A stretch of 63,646 bases of DNA, counting the filler, from Octopus bimaculoides (lineage: Eukaryota): assembly GCF_001194135.2 (NCBI RefSeq). It is 5 parts of 4 records of this genome, joined end to end, with 100 filler letters (N's around TTAATTAATTAA, not from the genome) between each part and the next. Parts side by side here need not be neighbours in the genome. Positions count along the whole stretch, not along the records: positions 14,532 to 22,966 come from NC_069000.1; positions 23,067 to 41,785 come from NC_069000.1; 3 more parts are not named here. The stretch is one strand, 5' to 3'. The translations under genes and the position numbers were made by a program. The stretch's first letter is position 1, and the number at the start of each line of letters is the position of its first letter. The notes under the pieces are model-generated. The model was not told the origin of the DNA. It saw only the letters and a list, made by a program, of their open reading frames with translations, and did not search any database. Shown piece by piece: positions 22,958 to 37,699 of the stretch.

Positions 22958-25941
22958 CATATGTATNNNNNNNNNNNNNNNNNNNNNNNNNNNNNNNNNN
23001 NNNNNNNNNNTTAATTAATTAANNNNNNNNNNNNNNNNNNNNNNNNNNNNNNNNNNNNNNNNNNNNTGCCATGTTTATCACTGGGAATGTAGAGGTTCTT
23101 TTCATCTCCATCTCTAGAACATCCAACATACAACTGACCATGTGAGAAGGAAGGTTGAAGGAGGTTCAATGTTTGGAAATACTTTTTTATATTCGAAATC
23201 TACAAGATATAACACATATTCGTAGAACATTTTATAAAAAAATATCCATTTTTCTGAAAGTTATGATCATTCAAAGTCGTTGTGGGGTGGGGGTGGGGGG
23301 CAGAAATCTGTAGTTATGCCGACAAATTCGACACTTTCCTTCTTGGCATGGTTATATTATGTATACAGAAATACACGAGTGCAGAATATAGTAAACAATG
23401 AAAATAACTTGGTAACGAAAATTATCTATCTTGATACGACAGGCAGAAAGTAAATAAGAAATTTTAACGGAAAATAAAGTATTGCATGGGTTGAAGCGAA
23501 ATTTGTCAGTCAGTGAACCAAAGAGTCAGTATCAAAGGAACCAGAAAGAAACCGTCAACAACAGTAAAACGCAAAACCGTACGGATTGAAGTGAAATTTA
23601 TGAAGATACTTCTGGTAGTAAATTATGAAATTAATTACATCACTAATTGTGAACTTCTTTCGGTCAGTAATTTGTCGTTGTTTCTTTGTAAATAGCGATT
23701 GAAAACTTCAACTTACAGTGAAAACAATAACATGGAAGTTAAACAATGGCGTATGAAAATTGAAAGTGAAAAGAATAGCGCTTGGAAAATGTTAGTGAAA
23801 ACAAGAGATATAGATAGACAGATATGTTACAGAGAAATAGAAATAGACAGAGAGTGAGATGGATAGAGAGATATACATAAAGAGATATGTTACGTCAGTG
23901 ACGCTAGAAAACCGGAAGTAAATATTTTAAAAACTTTCAAAGGCGTGAATGTAATATAAAAAGCAATATTTTTCATTTTTAATAATTATTAATAAGAAAA
24001 TCAACTGAATAGCCTATTATTTGTCTGAGGTCAAATTATTCAAGCATCACAAGTATGAAAGTAATTGGTGAAGCTGTTTTCGCGTGAAAAGTGAATACGC
24101 ACACATCTCTATTATGTGTTTGTGCGTGTGTGCGTGTGTGTGTGTGCGTGCGTGTGCGTGCGTGTGAGCGAGTGCGTGTGTGCGTGCGAGTGTGTGTGTG
24201 TGTGTGTGTGTGTGTATCTGTATCAAATGAATACACTGTTTGTTCCTTCACCTGCTTTCATCTTTTGTTTTCCGTAAATTTGAACTACACACACACACAC
24301 ACACACACAGGTACATATGTATGTATACATATATAGACAAATACAATATAAAATATATTAAAAAGTATATTAAAACTATGTAAAGTGTGTGCATTTTCCT
24401 TCTCTTATTATATATATATATATATATTCATATACATATATATGTATATATAAATGTATGCATTCCCTCTCTCTTTCTCTCTCTGTTCTTCCCCCATCTC
24501 ACCCACCATCTATATAAAGAACGAAGAAAAAGACAACAATGAATATAAATTACCAAATGAAACTCGTCAATGTGTTCTGTAAGGTGTTCATTCTGTAACG
24601 AGAGCTCTCTAGTGACACAACTGGGAGTATTTGCACAGCAAAGCCAAATTATCTGTATCAAGCATACGCATGGCTTAGTGGGTCGGTTGTTGGACTCATG
24701 AACGTAAGATTGTAGTTTCGATTCCTGGATCGGACGATGCGTTGTGTCCTTGAACAAAACACTTCGTTTCACGTCGCTTCAGTCCACTCAGCTGGCCGTT
24801 GCTTCAGTCCACTCGGAGTTGCTAAAAATGAGCACTTCTGCGACGGTCTGCCATTCCATTTAGGGAGGAATATATGGACCAGAGAAACTGAGAAACCGAC
24901 CCTAAGCTTCTTACGAACTTATGTAGATTAACCTAACATACGCCTTTAAATTTAACTCAGTATTTACATCTCCTGTATATGTAAGAAGTATCCAAGGATA
25001 AAAGATGTAGTTATACATACGCAAATGGTATATGAACATACTTTTATATACGTCTATATTTATGTAGATATTGATNNNNNNNNNNNNNNNNNNNNNNNNN
25101 NNNNNNNNNNNNNNNNNNNNNNNNNNNNNNNNNNNNNNNNNNNNNNNNNNNNNNNNNNNNNNNNNNNNNNNNNNNNNNNNNNNNNNNNNNNNNNNNNNNN
25201 NNNNNNNNNNNNNNNNNNNNNNNNNNNNNNNNNNNNNNNNNNNNNNNNNNNNNNNNNNNNNNNNNNNNNNNNNNNNNNNNNNNNNNNNNNNNNNNNNNNN
25301 NNNNNNNNNNNNNNNNNNNNNNNNNNNNNNNNNNNNNNNNNNNNNNNNNNNNNNNNNNNNNNNNNNNNNNNNNNNNNNNNNNNNNNNNNNNNNNNNNNNN
25401 NNNNNNNNNNNNNNNNNNNNNNNNNNNNNNNNNNNNNNNNNNNNNNNNNNNNNNNNNNNNNNNNNNNNNNNNNNNNNNNNNNNNNNNNNNNNNNNNNNNN
25501 NNNNNNNNNNNNNNNNNNNNNNNNNNNNNNNNNNNNNNNNNNNNNNNNNNNNNNNNNNNNNNNNNNNNNNNNNNNNNNNNNNNNNNNNNNNNNNNNNNNN
25601 NNNNNNNNNNNNNNNNNNNNNNNNNNNNNNNNNNNNNNNNNNNNNNNNNNNNNNNNNNNNNNNNNNNNNNNNNNNNNNNNNNNNNNNNNNNNNNNNNNNN
25701 NNNNNNNNNNNNNNNNNNNNNNNNNNNNNNNNNNNNNNNNNNNNNNNNNNNNNNNNNNNNNNNNNNNNNNNNNNNNNNNNNNNNNNNNNNNNNNNNNNNN
25801 NNNNNNNNNNNNNNNNNNNNNNNNNNNNNNNNNNNNNNNNNNNNNNNNNNNNNNNNNNNNNNNNNNNNNNNNNNNNNNNNNNNNNNNNNNNNNNNNNNNN
25901 NNNNNNNNNNNNNNNNNNNNNNNNNNNNNNNNNNNNNNNNN

Positions 25942-26016
<75 letters not shown>

Positions 26017-26149
26017 GGGTAGCAAGCTGGTAGAACTAGCACCCTGATCAAGATGCTTAGCGGAATTTCGTCCGTCTTTGTGTTATGAGTTCAAATTTCA
26101 CCGAGGTCTAACTTTGCTCTGATTTCTTCTCCTGCAGTGCTTCACTCTC

Positions 26150-27050
26150 TGACAAATACGAAAACTTTATCTTTGTTTGGTGTGGTGGTTCACTCATTAT
26201 TTCACGTAGCTCCTTCATCATTTGCTATTGTTGATATTCCCTTTTTGACTTATGTTGGTATTTCATAGTTGGCTAAATTGGGGCAGGAAGTTTGCTCTTT
26301 GATTCATACAGATAGTATTTCATCAGTGGCTAATTAGAAAATCCACTTTCCGGTCTCTCATTCTTGTTGATACGTCAACATTGCTTAGTGGTGATGTTCA
26401 ATTCTAGCTAGCTTATGAGGTCAGCTCACTCACTGGCTTGTATGGGATACGATATTCAGTTTCTGATCTCTAACTCATCTAAATAAGTATTCTATTATTT
26501 CTTAGTGTGAAGAGTCACTTATCGACTCCTGTAAAGGTTTCTTCATTGCGTGATAGCTGACTCTCTGTTTCATTATAGATGCTTATTCAATGGACAATGT
26601 AAGCTTATTTGGTTCTCTCGTTAGGTTTGTTTCTGAATATAGTTGATTTTAAGCATCTACATTTTCCCGTTTTTGTATATCAATTCATTTTTTTTCGCCT
26701 CATTCAAAACTGCCGTGTATTATCATTGATGGTGACTTTGTTTGATGATACCGTTTCATGGCTTACTGTTCTATAGTTATCGCCATCAATTTTAACCATT
26801 TCGACATTATGCAACATGCAATTCCCTTGTTCCAACAATGAATAATAACTTTTGATGAAACCTTACTGAGTTTAATGTTTTTGCTTTGTTTTTTTTCTGT
26901 AATTTTCAGATAAATCACTGAAATATTCAGTCTTTCAATAACCTCACTTGCAAAAACGATATTCCAACTGTGCATCATTAGATATGAGGAATATATGACG
27001 CTAGTTGATTTGTCCATTAAGTAAGAATCATCAATAGATTTCTGCTGAAT
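26150..27050 (-). mobile_element. Highly degenerate LINE ORF remnant, possibly Dong/R4 clade
   Basis: Broken frames; weak resemblance only (GVDK.LFTLRK versus DVDRLYxxRK). Confidence 0.3.
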
Positions 27051-27989
27051 TTATTTCTCTCATTATTTGATATCGCTTCCAGCTTCATTTCATTTCAACC
27101 AAAAATAGAGTAAATTCCAGACACTGAGACAAATTTTGAAAATTCTCTCTTTCTTTTCTCGCTTGTTTGTTAACCTAGTCACGTAGTTTTACTCAATGTT
27201 GTTTGTTATCAAAAACATTTAAAACTTTACTTAGCTTAACTAGAATAGATTGAACATCAGAACTCTGTAAATTACGGGTGCTAAAAATATTTCGTTTTTA
27301 TACTTAAAGTATCGTGGCAGTGTTATCGTCATGAATAATGTTATCGAAAATCACAAATTGGGAGGAGCGGCTCAGTAGACTTAATCTACCCTAGTACTCG
27401 TCTGGTATTTCATTTCATCAACCCTCAGAAGCACAACAATGCACAGACTGAACCCTGGCAGGATTTGAAATCAGAACATAAAGATACTTCATTACTAAAT
27501 ACTGCAGGAATTTAGTTCACTGCTTTTGTGTTGTGAATTTAAAACCTACAAGGGTTGGCTTCAATTTTCATGGTTCTTGGGAGTGATGAAATACCAGACT
27601 AGTACTGGACTAGATCCACACCACAGAATCATTCTTCCCAATTGGTAACTTTGGATAATATTATTCATTGTACAAAGCCTTAGATATTTAGATTAAAGTA
27701 GTGAGGAAAGGCAAACAATAATTTAATTCAATCTAATTTAGCTACATAACGAATGGTAAAAAATAATAAAAAATAGTCTCCGACAGTTGTTTCTGGGATA
27801 TCCCAGTTATGGGAGCATCGTATCGAGCGAAGACTGTGTAAGTTGGGTATTCCATTATCGGAGAGATATAGGTTAGACAATGGAAGAAAGTTCCTTATCA
27901 ATGATATTTGTTGTGGTTCATTAAGTCCAGGAGTGTGGAAGGGTCCAATTAGGTCCAGTTAGATCGGGTATTCGTGGAGCTTTGGGTGT

Positions 27990-28090
27990 TTTCGCTCAAT
28001 AAACACTCACAACGCCCGGTCTGGGAATCGAAACCGCGATCCTATGACCGCGAGTCTGCTGCTCCAATCACTGGGCCATTGCGCTTCCAC
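27990..28090 (-). mobile_element. 5' head of SINE family C
   Basis: Reverse complement of 40206-40310. Confidence 0.85.
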
Positions 28091-28546
28091 CTCTTCCACG
28101 ATACACTAAACAAAACCAAACAGGGAGAATATGATTTAATTTAGCTCGTTAAATGACTTGTAAATAATATGGTGGATTAAACTATATTAATTGTAGTAAA
28201 ACAAAAAAGAAAAAATTCTCATCGTCGTATTAATACAATAATCTTTCAACACGTTATGGTTACCTAGTCCTACCTAGACAATGTTGTCTCCAATATTTCA
28301 TTCCACAACCGAAAACACCCACACTTAACATTTTCATTCCAACAGCCAAATTGTAGCTCTTGAAATCACTCTACTTTCAAAACCAATTGACATTAAACTG
28401 AAGGATTACTGAATACTTTTTTATTATTAGAGTGCATATTTATTTACTTTCACAACGGAAAGTGATCACCAAGTTTTGGGTTGTTCATCATTATCAGACC
28501 CTCTGATGAAGGCTGCCCATCTCTTCCTTTTAAAAGTTAAACTATA

Positions 28547-28972
28547 GGCGCAGGAGTGGCTGTGTGGTAAGTAGCTTGCTTACCAACCACATGGTTCCGG
28601 GTTCAGTCCCACTGCGTGGCATCTTGGGCAAGTGTCTTCTACTATAGCCTCGGGCCGACCAAAGCCTTGTGAGCGGATTTGGTAGACGGAAACTGAAAGA
28701 AGCCCATCGTATATATGTGTATATATATATATATGTGTGTGTGTGTGTCTGTCTGTTTGTGTGTCTGTGTTTGTCCTCCCACCATCGCTTGACAACCGAT
28801 GGTGGTGTGTTTACGTCCCCGTAACTTAGCGGTTCGGCAAAAGACCCCGATAGAATAAGTACTAGGCTTCCAAAGAATAAATCTTGTGGTTGATTTGCTC
28901 GACTAAAGGCGGTGCTCCAGCATGGCCGCAGTTAAATGACTGAAACAAGTAAAAGAGTAAAAGAGTAAAAGA
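28547..28972 (+). mobile_element. Full-length SINE family B
   Basis: GGCGCAGGAGTGGCTGTGTGGTAAG A-box region, GGTTCAGTCCC B-box-like motif, central microsatellite, tail GTAAAAGAGTAAAAGAG. Confidence 0.9.
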
Positions 28973-29010
28973 GAGTATCTGTTTGTCGACCTATCGATCA
29001 AACAATAAAT

Positions 29011-29049
<39 letters not shown>

Positions 29050-29841
29050 TCGATCAATCTGTCGCTTCAACCCCTGTGTGAGTGTGTGTGTGTGTGTGTG
29101 TGTGTATGAGAGAGAGGAAGAGAGAGAAAGAAAGTGAGAGACAGACAGAAATTAATGATCAATAGTTGAAAAGATAGAAGACGTTTAGATATAGAGCGCA
29201 GATGCGTAATTCGGGAATGTTCTTCATCCCTTGAAATTGTGAGTTCAATGACCCCTGCGCGGTGCTTTGGGTTGGTACCGTCTGTCATAACATCGACTCA
29301 CTAAAGCCTTGTAATTGAAGTTTCATTGTCTGTGTGTTAAAATCCATCTTGCATATGTGGATGAGCATACATGCATGTCGGCGAGGATATAAAAAAAAAA
29401 TCTACCTATATTGTGATAAACATATATGTAAGTATGTGTGTTTGTGTAACATACATGTAACACGTATGTGCGTGTGCGTGTGAGAAAAAAGAGAGAGAAA
29501 GAGAGAAGAGGAAAGAGAGTGAATGAGAAGGAGGACATGGTGAGAAAAGCAGAAATAACAAAGGGTCTGAATCCTTTTAAAAGAGAAACATGAGCAGAGA
29601 TTGACAGACAAGAGGAAGCAAGTGAGAAAGGAATAGCGCAACTGAAAAGTAAAGTAAAGGGAATCACTATCTATCTATCTATCTATCTATCTGTCAGTCT
29701 GTCTGTCTATCTGTATGTCTGCTTGTCTGCTTGTCTGTCTGTCTAGCCGCCTTTCTATATAGTGTGTTTTTGCTTCTGTGCATGTACAAAGTGGGTGAGA
29801 TAGAGATTCATAGAGAAAGAGAGAGAGAGAGAGGGGGGGAT

Positions 29842-29939
<98 letters not shown>

Positions 29940-30847
29940 GGAAAGAGAGAGAAAGAGGTGAAGGGATATCAAGAATGCAAGTGGATATGGAAGTGAAAAC
30001 TGTCGTCTGTTGAAAAGCAGCTGTAGAAGCTTCAGGCTATTTACGCAAAATTACAAAGCCGAAATAGTTGCGACAGGTGCAATGATATGCACACGAGAGT
30101 GCAACCAATGGAAGTGCGTGCAACAGCAGCAATATTGTCTGCTGTATGCACCCACTTGTCAGATATTACTATCTTCCCTTTTTGTTGTTGCACTCCTCTT
30201 CTGCAACGTGTCTACTATAGCATCCAACAATTTAGCTCTCCTTACTTTACAAGTGATTTTAATACCTAACTCTGTCTACATTTAGTTACATCTATTTACC
30301 TTATAACACTCTCCAGTTTAGTGTGGCTATGTATCAATGTCTAGTTTACTGTCCACCTATGTGTATTTCTCTTTACCTCAGATTAATTATTCCTCTCCAA
30401 TATTATGCCCATCATATATCACAAAGTCTGTTACAGTTGCTCTTGCTCGCTTCTAGAGCTTACATTAGTCTATCAGTCTCTATCAATCTCCATTGATATT
30501 TACAACTGCCTTCCTTTGTATACCATCATTGTTTTCTCTAATAGGCCAACAAAATTAAGCAGAAATCTAAAATGCTGCAACTGTAGAATACAGAAATATA
30601 TGTAAGATTGTAAACAATAAAAAGCTTAAGATTAACCTCATGCGACATTTCTATTAATACTGCAATAAATTTTGATGATTTCTTTTGCAATAAATTATCT
30701 TTCTCGGAAATGATTATTTTGTAAAACCTGCCTTTCATTTTTTTTGTTTTTTGTAAAGAATCTATTTTCAACAAATTTTTCTTTTGCAAGAATCTTACAT
30801 TTGCAAGAAACTGTTTCTTTGTTACTTTATTGATTTACAAGAATTAC

Positions 30848-30901
<54 letters not shown>

Positions 30902-31374
30902 TATTATTATTATTATTAGCAAAAGTCTTTTTTTTTCTTTGCAAGAACATTAATTGCAAACGTATTTTGCTTTACAAAATATTTTTTCCAACAGAAAATT
31001 CTCGGTGTTTTTTTTTTTTCATATTTATATTTTGATTTTTTAGTCAAATTGATTTTTCTTCTTTTTATTTTGTCGAGAAAGTTTCATTTTATAGAATCTA
31101 ATATTTTAGAATATTCAAGAATTTATCTGATCATAATATTAAACTGCATTCGAATGGTGTTTGTGAATCATAGCAAAAATTAACTGAATAATATAAAGCA
31201 TACAAAATTTGAACTTAAAATGATCAATATTATATTCGCTCTTTTGTCTTTAGATTCTGGAATGCATAAGTGTTTCATCTAGTTTCTAAGCCGGCTTTGG
31301 AAAATACTCTCCACTGTTAGTAGATAGCTAATAATATCCGTACTCATGTTTTTGCCTATACTGGGCAACTTGAG

Positions 31375-31620
31375 ACTATACGTCAACAATGGGCGTTATG
31401 TTCGCCTGTCTGTCTGTCCGTCTGTCTCTCTGTCTATCTGTCTGTCCGTCCATCTGTCTGTCTGTTCTCTCTTCACGGATATTATTTCGTGGATATCGAT
31501 TTTTGAACTGATAAACCACCTTCGCATTTTTATTAAAAATTCACCGACCACGTGTAATTCTGGATTTTCATCGTATAGTTCGTGGCCCCATCGTAGGTAC
31601 GAAGGGGGTCGCGAGGACGG
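31375..31620 (+). mobile_element. Possible Helentron/HINE-like non-autonomous fragment
   Basis: Internal (CTGT)n tract preceded and followed by unique sequence, DINE-1-like layout; from memory only. Confidence 0.3.
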
Positions 31621-32746
31621 TTAATAGCGAATATAAAATGGAAAAAGTGTGTCTCAGTATATAGTGTGTGTGATTATGTAGTGGTTATTGAAGTGTGTCT
31701 GTCTCGAGCAAGATTCGAAACGGCTAATCGAAGTGGCTGTTGTGTACATTTCAGTTTTGTCAATCAAACCAGAACATCCAGGCATTATTCGCATAGAATT
31801 GTGAGAGGTAAGTCTTAGCTTGATTTTTTTGCAATCCTAAAGATTCCGTTCGTTCATTCACAGCAAACAAGGCAGAGGACCAGTCTTTAAATCGTGTAGG
31901 TGTATTTTTTTCCACTCCGATGTTTACACACGGCCAGTTATATGTCACTATGAGTAGAGCAACAGACTCCAGTAATTTGAAAATTAGTGTCGACCAAACA
32001 GAAAATATCACGTACAAAGAAGTTTTGTAATCATATTGATATTATCGAAAGGAATATGGTTCATGATTTAGATAAGGAAATTTGTGAACTTTGAATGTAT
32101 AAGAGTATAAACAAGCGTAAAATAGTGTAAACAACTAAAATAAAGTACATCTAAATAACATTTTTTTCTTAATACTTTTTATGTAGTGGTCGAAGGAAGC
32201 TCTGGCTTTCGTCGGGAGTGGTCCACATAATCATTCATGATACAGAGGCTGGGAGCCTATTTCAGTCCGGGAGTGAATCGTCATCACATGCCACTTAGTC
32301 GCAAACACGTGTTATATGGCTACAATAGAATGCTGTATCACCAACGATAGTGTGATTTCTCTTAGACATCACCCAATAATCTATTAGGTCCATTTACCCA
32401 TTTCTCAATACATACTGCTGTTATGACCTCCCTCCCTCATTTTATGCCTCCATCGTAGTTGGGTAGATTTGCTAGTATTAGTTATACGTGGTCACTGCAC
32501 AATCATCAAATGACACGATGAGCTTCGACTGTTATAAATTGTATTTATTGGTTATGGCTACTGCATTGGGGGAACAATGCGATACTTCAAGGTTAGATGG
32601 AACCCTCTATTTTATCCTTCTCTTACTGTTTGTCGGTCTCCTTGTCTCTTTCTCCATACACTTAAATGATTATACGCAAACGTGCATATATTCACACATA
32701 CACAAACACACATATATGTATACACATACATGCTTACAAACATAAT

Positions 32747-32855
<109 letters not shown>

Positions 32856-32875
32856 CACACACGCACACACACACA

Positions 32876-33094
32876 TGCGAGTGGGTGTTGAAAAGCTCCT
32901 GGCTTTGGGTAAAAGAAAATACAGAAGGATCAGTTAATTATGATTTTATTCAACATATTCCTCACTTCAGATTCACACACTTATTGCAGCGGTCCGTCAG
33001 TTTTTCTAAGCCCCGAAAAAACTCGGAAGGTTAGGCCTCCAACCAGAGCTTTCGTGATACCCTTAAAGCCAGGAAATTTTTAGCTCCCCTCGTA
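32876..33094. mobile_element. Mariner-derived MITE, copy 1
   Basis: TIR consensus TACGAGGGGGTGCTGAAAAGTTCCTGGCTTT; interior is the reverse complement of a mariner transposase 3' end. Confidence 0.85.
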
Positions 33095-33199
33095 TACATA
33101 CATACATAATACATACATACATACATACATACATAATACATACATACATACATACATACATAATACATACATACATACATACATGCTTACATACATATA

Positions 33200-33375
33200 T
33201 ATATAAAACTGAGAATGCGTGTCTGTCTGTGTGTCTGTATGTGTTTCATCACGAAAACTCGAGAACTACCCAACCGATTTTATTCAAATTTTACACATGC
33301 CTTACTTAGGGTCCATGGAGTGTCAAAACATTTTGAACTTCTTGCCTAATGCAAGCCCAGAGCAAACTCTTATCT
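33200..33375 (+). mobile_element. Helitron-like 5' terminal fragment
   Basis: TATATATATAAAACTGAGAATGCGTGTCTGTCTG...CAACCGATTTTATTCAAATTTTACACATG layout. Confidence 0.55.
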
Positions 33376-33799
33376 CTTACACTGTTTCGGTATTACGTGT
33401 CAAAAGTGAAACAATAACATCTCTATTGCAATGTGATATGATACTTACATTATTATATGGTTTCAATTTTAATTAGTTTCACTATATATATATATATTCA
33501 AATATTCAAAGGCTGCCCTTTTCCACTCTGCATAAATATCCATTCCTCTGTGCGTTTATATATATGGTCTACTTTGCACCATGGTTTTCTATTCTGTTTC
33601 ATAGTTGATGTACTTTATCAGCCAGCAGAATGTAATTGGGCAAGACTTTGTTTCTCCTCTTATCAATATTCATGATGAGTCTATGCTTTTTATGTCTTGA
33701 TAAGTCTCTCAAAGACATTACGTAATCATTTGGTGAAATTCCAAGTATTGACGTTACCAGTCCTGGAGCCTCTATAAATAATATTCTTGACTTTGTTTT

Positions 33800-34550
33800 G
33801 AGTTCAGTAACTTTGTTTAATTTTATTCACGTTTATCTGTTTCTTTTACATTGGTATTACATGGAACATAGCTAATTCGAAAATATCCACCCACAAACGA
33901 AAAGTTTCAATACATTCATAAATCATCTAATTACCTCAAGAATTCAAAAATTACCTCAAGAATTTTGCTGAAGACAACTTTATACTCAAATGTACAAGGT
34001 TTTGATATCTAATAATTACAAAGAAACTCTCAGTAGAGGCGGCTACATTGGGAAAGAAAAAAATTTAATATTAACATTAAACAATAAAAGGAAAGAAACA
34101 TATAGAGTGATATAATATATCCTTTGACAAAACATTGGAACAGCAGTATATAAAAATTTCCTAAGGGAAAGAATCAGTCCATTATGCATTAGTGGAAACT
34201 AACTAAGCTGCTATATCTTAATCCAAGCAAACCAATTTTTAACTTTTTGAAGTTTGTCTGCTAACTCTTTTATAATTGAATTTTATCAACACCCTCACTC
34301 GTACGACTTCAGAAAACCGAATAGAAAATTCGATAAATCTCTATCGAGCTACATTTTTCTAAAAGTCAGTCGACACTCCTTTTGATATTAATTGGAAAAT
34401 TTAATCTTTTGTAAAACCGTGAATACACAATAACACGCCACATCATCTCTGCATATCAGCATTTGCATATCAGAATTATATAAAGATATATTCTCCTGCT
34501 CCAAGTTACTTGAAATTCAAAATTAGCTTCATCTTTTAGACAGAGGATAT
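33800..34550 (+). mobile_element. Degenerate Penelope-like element (RT C-terminus and GIY-YIG remnants)
   Basis: QYIHKSSNY, YKETLSRGGY, LSSYIF..FDINWKI and HHLCIS remnants across broken frames. Confidence 0.55.
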
Positions 34551-35620
34551 TTACAAAATGTGATTAAATCGGTGATAGTTAATTGAACACACACTTCTAC
34601 TGACTTTTAATATGCGTATGCTTTTAATGGCCTCTGAATTCTATGATATATCTTTTCATCTAAATAAATATTATGTGTGGTTGTTAAGGCGGTGAGCTGG
34701 CAGAATCGTTACTATACCTAGCAACATGCTTAGCGGCATTTCGTCCGTCTTTATGCGGCTAAGTTCAAATTCCGCCGAGGTCGACTGTACCAGTTGAACA
34801 CTCGGGTCGATACGATCGACTTACCCAAAATTTGAAATCAATATTATATTCGTTGCTACATAAACTCACGGATTATTTTCAATTACAGCAATTACTTCTT
34901 CATTCAATATAACTTTTCATGATTGTATTAATATCACAGAGTAAGTATCTTATAAGCGTAGAACGTTGATCTTGACAAAATCCCATCTTTTAAGCCGTCT
35001 ATATAATTACTTAAACGCGGAGTTGGTCATTGTTAAAGTTTTAAATTTCTATTAAACTATAAAGCTTTTATTTTGCTTCATCAAACCTATGTTAGTATAG
35101 AATTATCTCTACAAACAGACATCTACCGTACGCTATTTAAAATTTTATATTTTACTTGTTTCAGCCAGTAGACTGCATCCATGTTGGGGCACCTCCTTGA
35201 AGAACTTTAGTGGAACGAATCGACTCCTGTACTATCGGTCTTTTTTGCTGAGCAACTAGCTTACGGGGATGTAAACACGGTTGTCAAGCGGTGGTAAGGG
35301 TCAAACACAGACACAAAGACACACACGCACTCACGAACACACACACACAGTACACAACACGCACAACACACACACACATACATACGCACATATACACGCA
35401 CATACATTTACGACGGGCTTCTTTCAGTGGGACTGAACCCGAAACCATGTGGTTGGTAAGCAAGCTGCTTACCACACACCCAATCCTGAAACGAAATCTG
35501 CAAATTTTATGTATTCCATAATTTAAGCTGTTAACTTACCAATTTTTATTTTGAATTGATCCTAATTATTTAGGTTCGTTAATCGAAATAATTTTCAAAG
35601 TGATCATAACACGCTTTATC

Positions 35621-35841
35621 TATGAGGGGATGCTGGAAAGTACCTGGCATTGGGTAAAAGAAAATACAGGAGGATCAGTAAATTATGATTTTATCCAACA
35701 TATTCCCCTCTCAGATTCACACACTTATCGCAGCGGTTCTTAAGTTTTTCTAAGCCCTGTAAAAGAACTCAGAAGGTTGGGCCTCCAACGAGGCTTTTCG
35801 TGATACCCTTAAAGCCAGGAACTTTTCAGCACCCCCTCATA
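35621..35841. mobile_element. Mariner-derived MITE, copy 2
   Basis: Same TIRs and interior as 32876-33094; minus-strand interior reads GLEKLKNRCDKCVNLRGEYVG-stop. Confidence 0.85.
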
Positions 35842-36569
35842 GTTGTTCTTATTTATAGTTCAAATATATGTGAGTTAATTTGTTTCGTTTGGCCAGCAAA
35901 AGTCATTGATAATGCTCCTTTTTCCAAACTCAATAAGAAAAGAAAATATGATAGTAAAATAAAAATAACAATTATCGTATTGAAGTCAAAGAAATATATA
36001 TATGTTGTAGCACCTTTGATTTCTTAAACTGCTTNNNNNNNNNNNNNNNNNNNNNNNNNNNNNNNNNNNNNNNNNNNNNNNNNNNNNNNNNNNNNNNNNN
36101 NNNNNNNNNNNNNNNNNNNNNNNNNNNNNNNNNNNNNNNNNNNNNNNNNNNNNNNNNNNNNNNNNNNNNNNNNNNNNNNNNNNNNNNNNNNNNNNNNNNN
36201 NNNNNNNNNNNNNNNNNNNNNNNNNNNNNNNNNNNNNNNNNNNNNNNNNNNNNNNNNNNNNNNNNNNNNNNNNNNNNNNNNNNTATCTAAATTCATCTAC
36301 TCGTAATTCTTTGCAGTAGAGGAAATAGAATTAACTTATTTAATACTGACATATATCTAATTCATTTGTGCATTCTTCTATTTAAGTATTTGAATTTCAA
36401 ACCAAATATTTTACGTAATATTCAATATTGTAAAAGAGAGATTGTGTGCATTTTTCTCTAAAAGCAGGTTTGCTAAATTAATGAACGTGTTGTCCTGTTA
36501 TTATACGCATTCAATTATAATTATTCGGTTATAAAGAACAATAAATAGATGAATGAATAAATGAATGAA

Positions 36570-36604
<35 letters not shown>

Positions 36605-36607
36605 ATA

Positions 36608-36990
36608 GGTGCAGGTGTGGTTGTGTGGTAAGAAGCCCGTTTCCTAATCACAGGGTTCCACGTGGCACCTTCTACAAGTGTTTCCGACTATAGTCCGGGA
36701 TCAACTGAAGCCTTCTGAGTGGATTTGGTAGTGAGAAACCGAAAGAATCCCGTCGTATAAATGTATGCATATACTGTGTATGTGTGTATCTTTGTGTTTT
36801 TTCTCACCCCCGCTTGACAACCGGTACTGGTGTGTCTATATCCCTGTAACTTAGCGGTTCGGCCTAAGAGCATTAAAAGAAGCACTAGATTAAAAAAAAA
36901 AAAAATACTGGGCGTCAACTTATTCGACTAACGTTCTTCAAGGCGATGTCAAGGCATGGCCGCAGTCCAATTGACTGCAAAGCTAAAGAG
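36608..36990 (+). mobile_element. SINE family B, diverged, preceded by (AAAT)n
   Basis: GGTGCAGGTGTGGTTGTGTGGTAAG...GCATGGCCGCAGTCCAATTGACTG. Confidence 0.8.
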
Positions 36991-37162
36991 AAAAAGAAAA
37001 TAAAGATATTTTCAAAAATAATTCTTCAGTAACACATCTTAGTTATAAATCATATCCGTTTTTAACGAACACAACCATTTTTAAACTTTCAGTATTAAAA
37101 GCTTCTTCGTTTGTCATTTGTTTGTAAATCCTAAGAACCATTCATACAATCACAAGTATAAA

Positions 37163-37211
<49 letters not shown>

Positions 37212-37699
37212 TCTCACGCATACACACAAACATAATCTCAGACAAAAACACTGTCATTGTTTCAACCCCACTATGTTCTTATCTTAATGTTCTACTTCCC
37301 TTTTGTTTTGTATTATATACAAACAACTCTACTCCAGTAGTTTTATTTGTTAGTTTTTCTTTTTTTTTACCTTCTTAGATAATGCTACTACATACATTGC
37401 TATTAATTATATATTTCTTCTATATTTCTAATCTTTCTGCATGACCAGGTTCTATTATTTCAACACGGTACTGTTCATACACACACATATATATATATAT
37501 ATATCTTATTTCTGAATAAATTAATTAGCACGAGTTCTACCTAGAGAGACTTCAGGGTCACGTAACTGTCCTGAAGATTCACAAAAAAACTCTACAAAGT
37601 AATAAATTTATACAGTCATAATACATGTATGTGTACGTATGTCTTCTCTTTCTCTTCTTAATTTAGAGAAAATTTTGACCGGTCACCGAATTGATAGCA

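Noticed and set aside
23281-23300. G-quadruplex (also 21120-21141)
   Set aside because: Only three separable G-runs; not a canonical four-tract motif.
19685-26051. Long 290-430 aa ORFs in the track (also 9307-10094, 50508-51587, 61419-62364)
   Set aside because: They run through N gaps and microsatellites (YIYI, HTHT, CVCV, LSIY).
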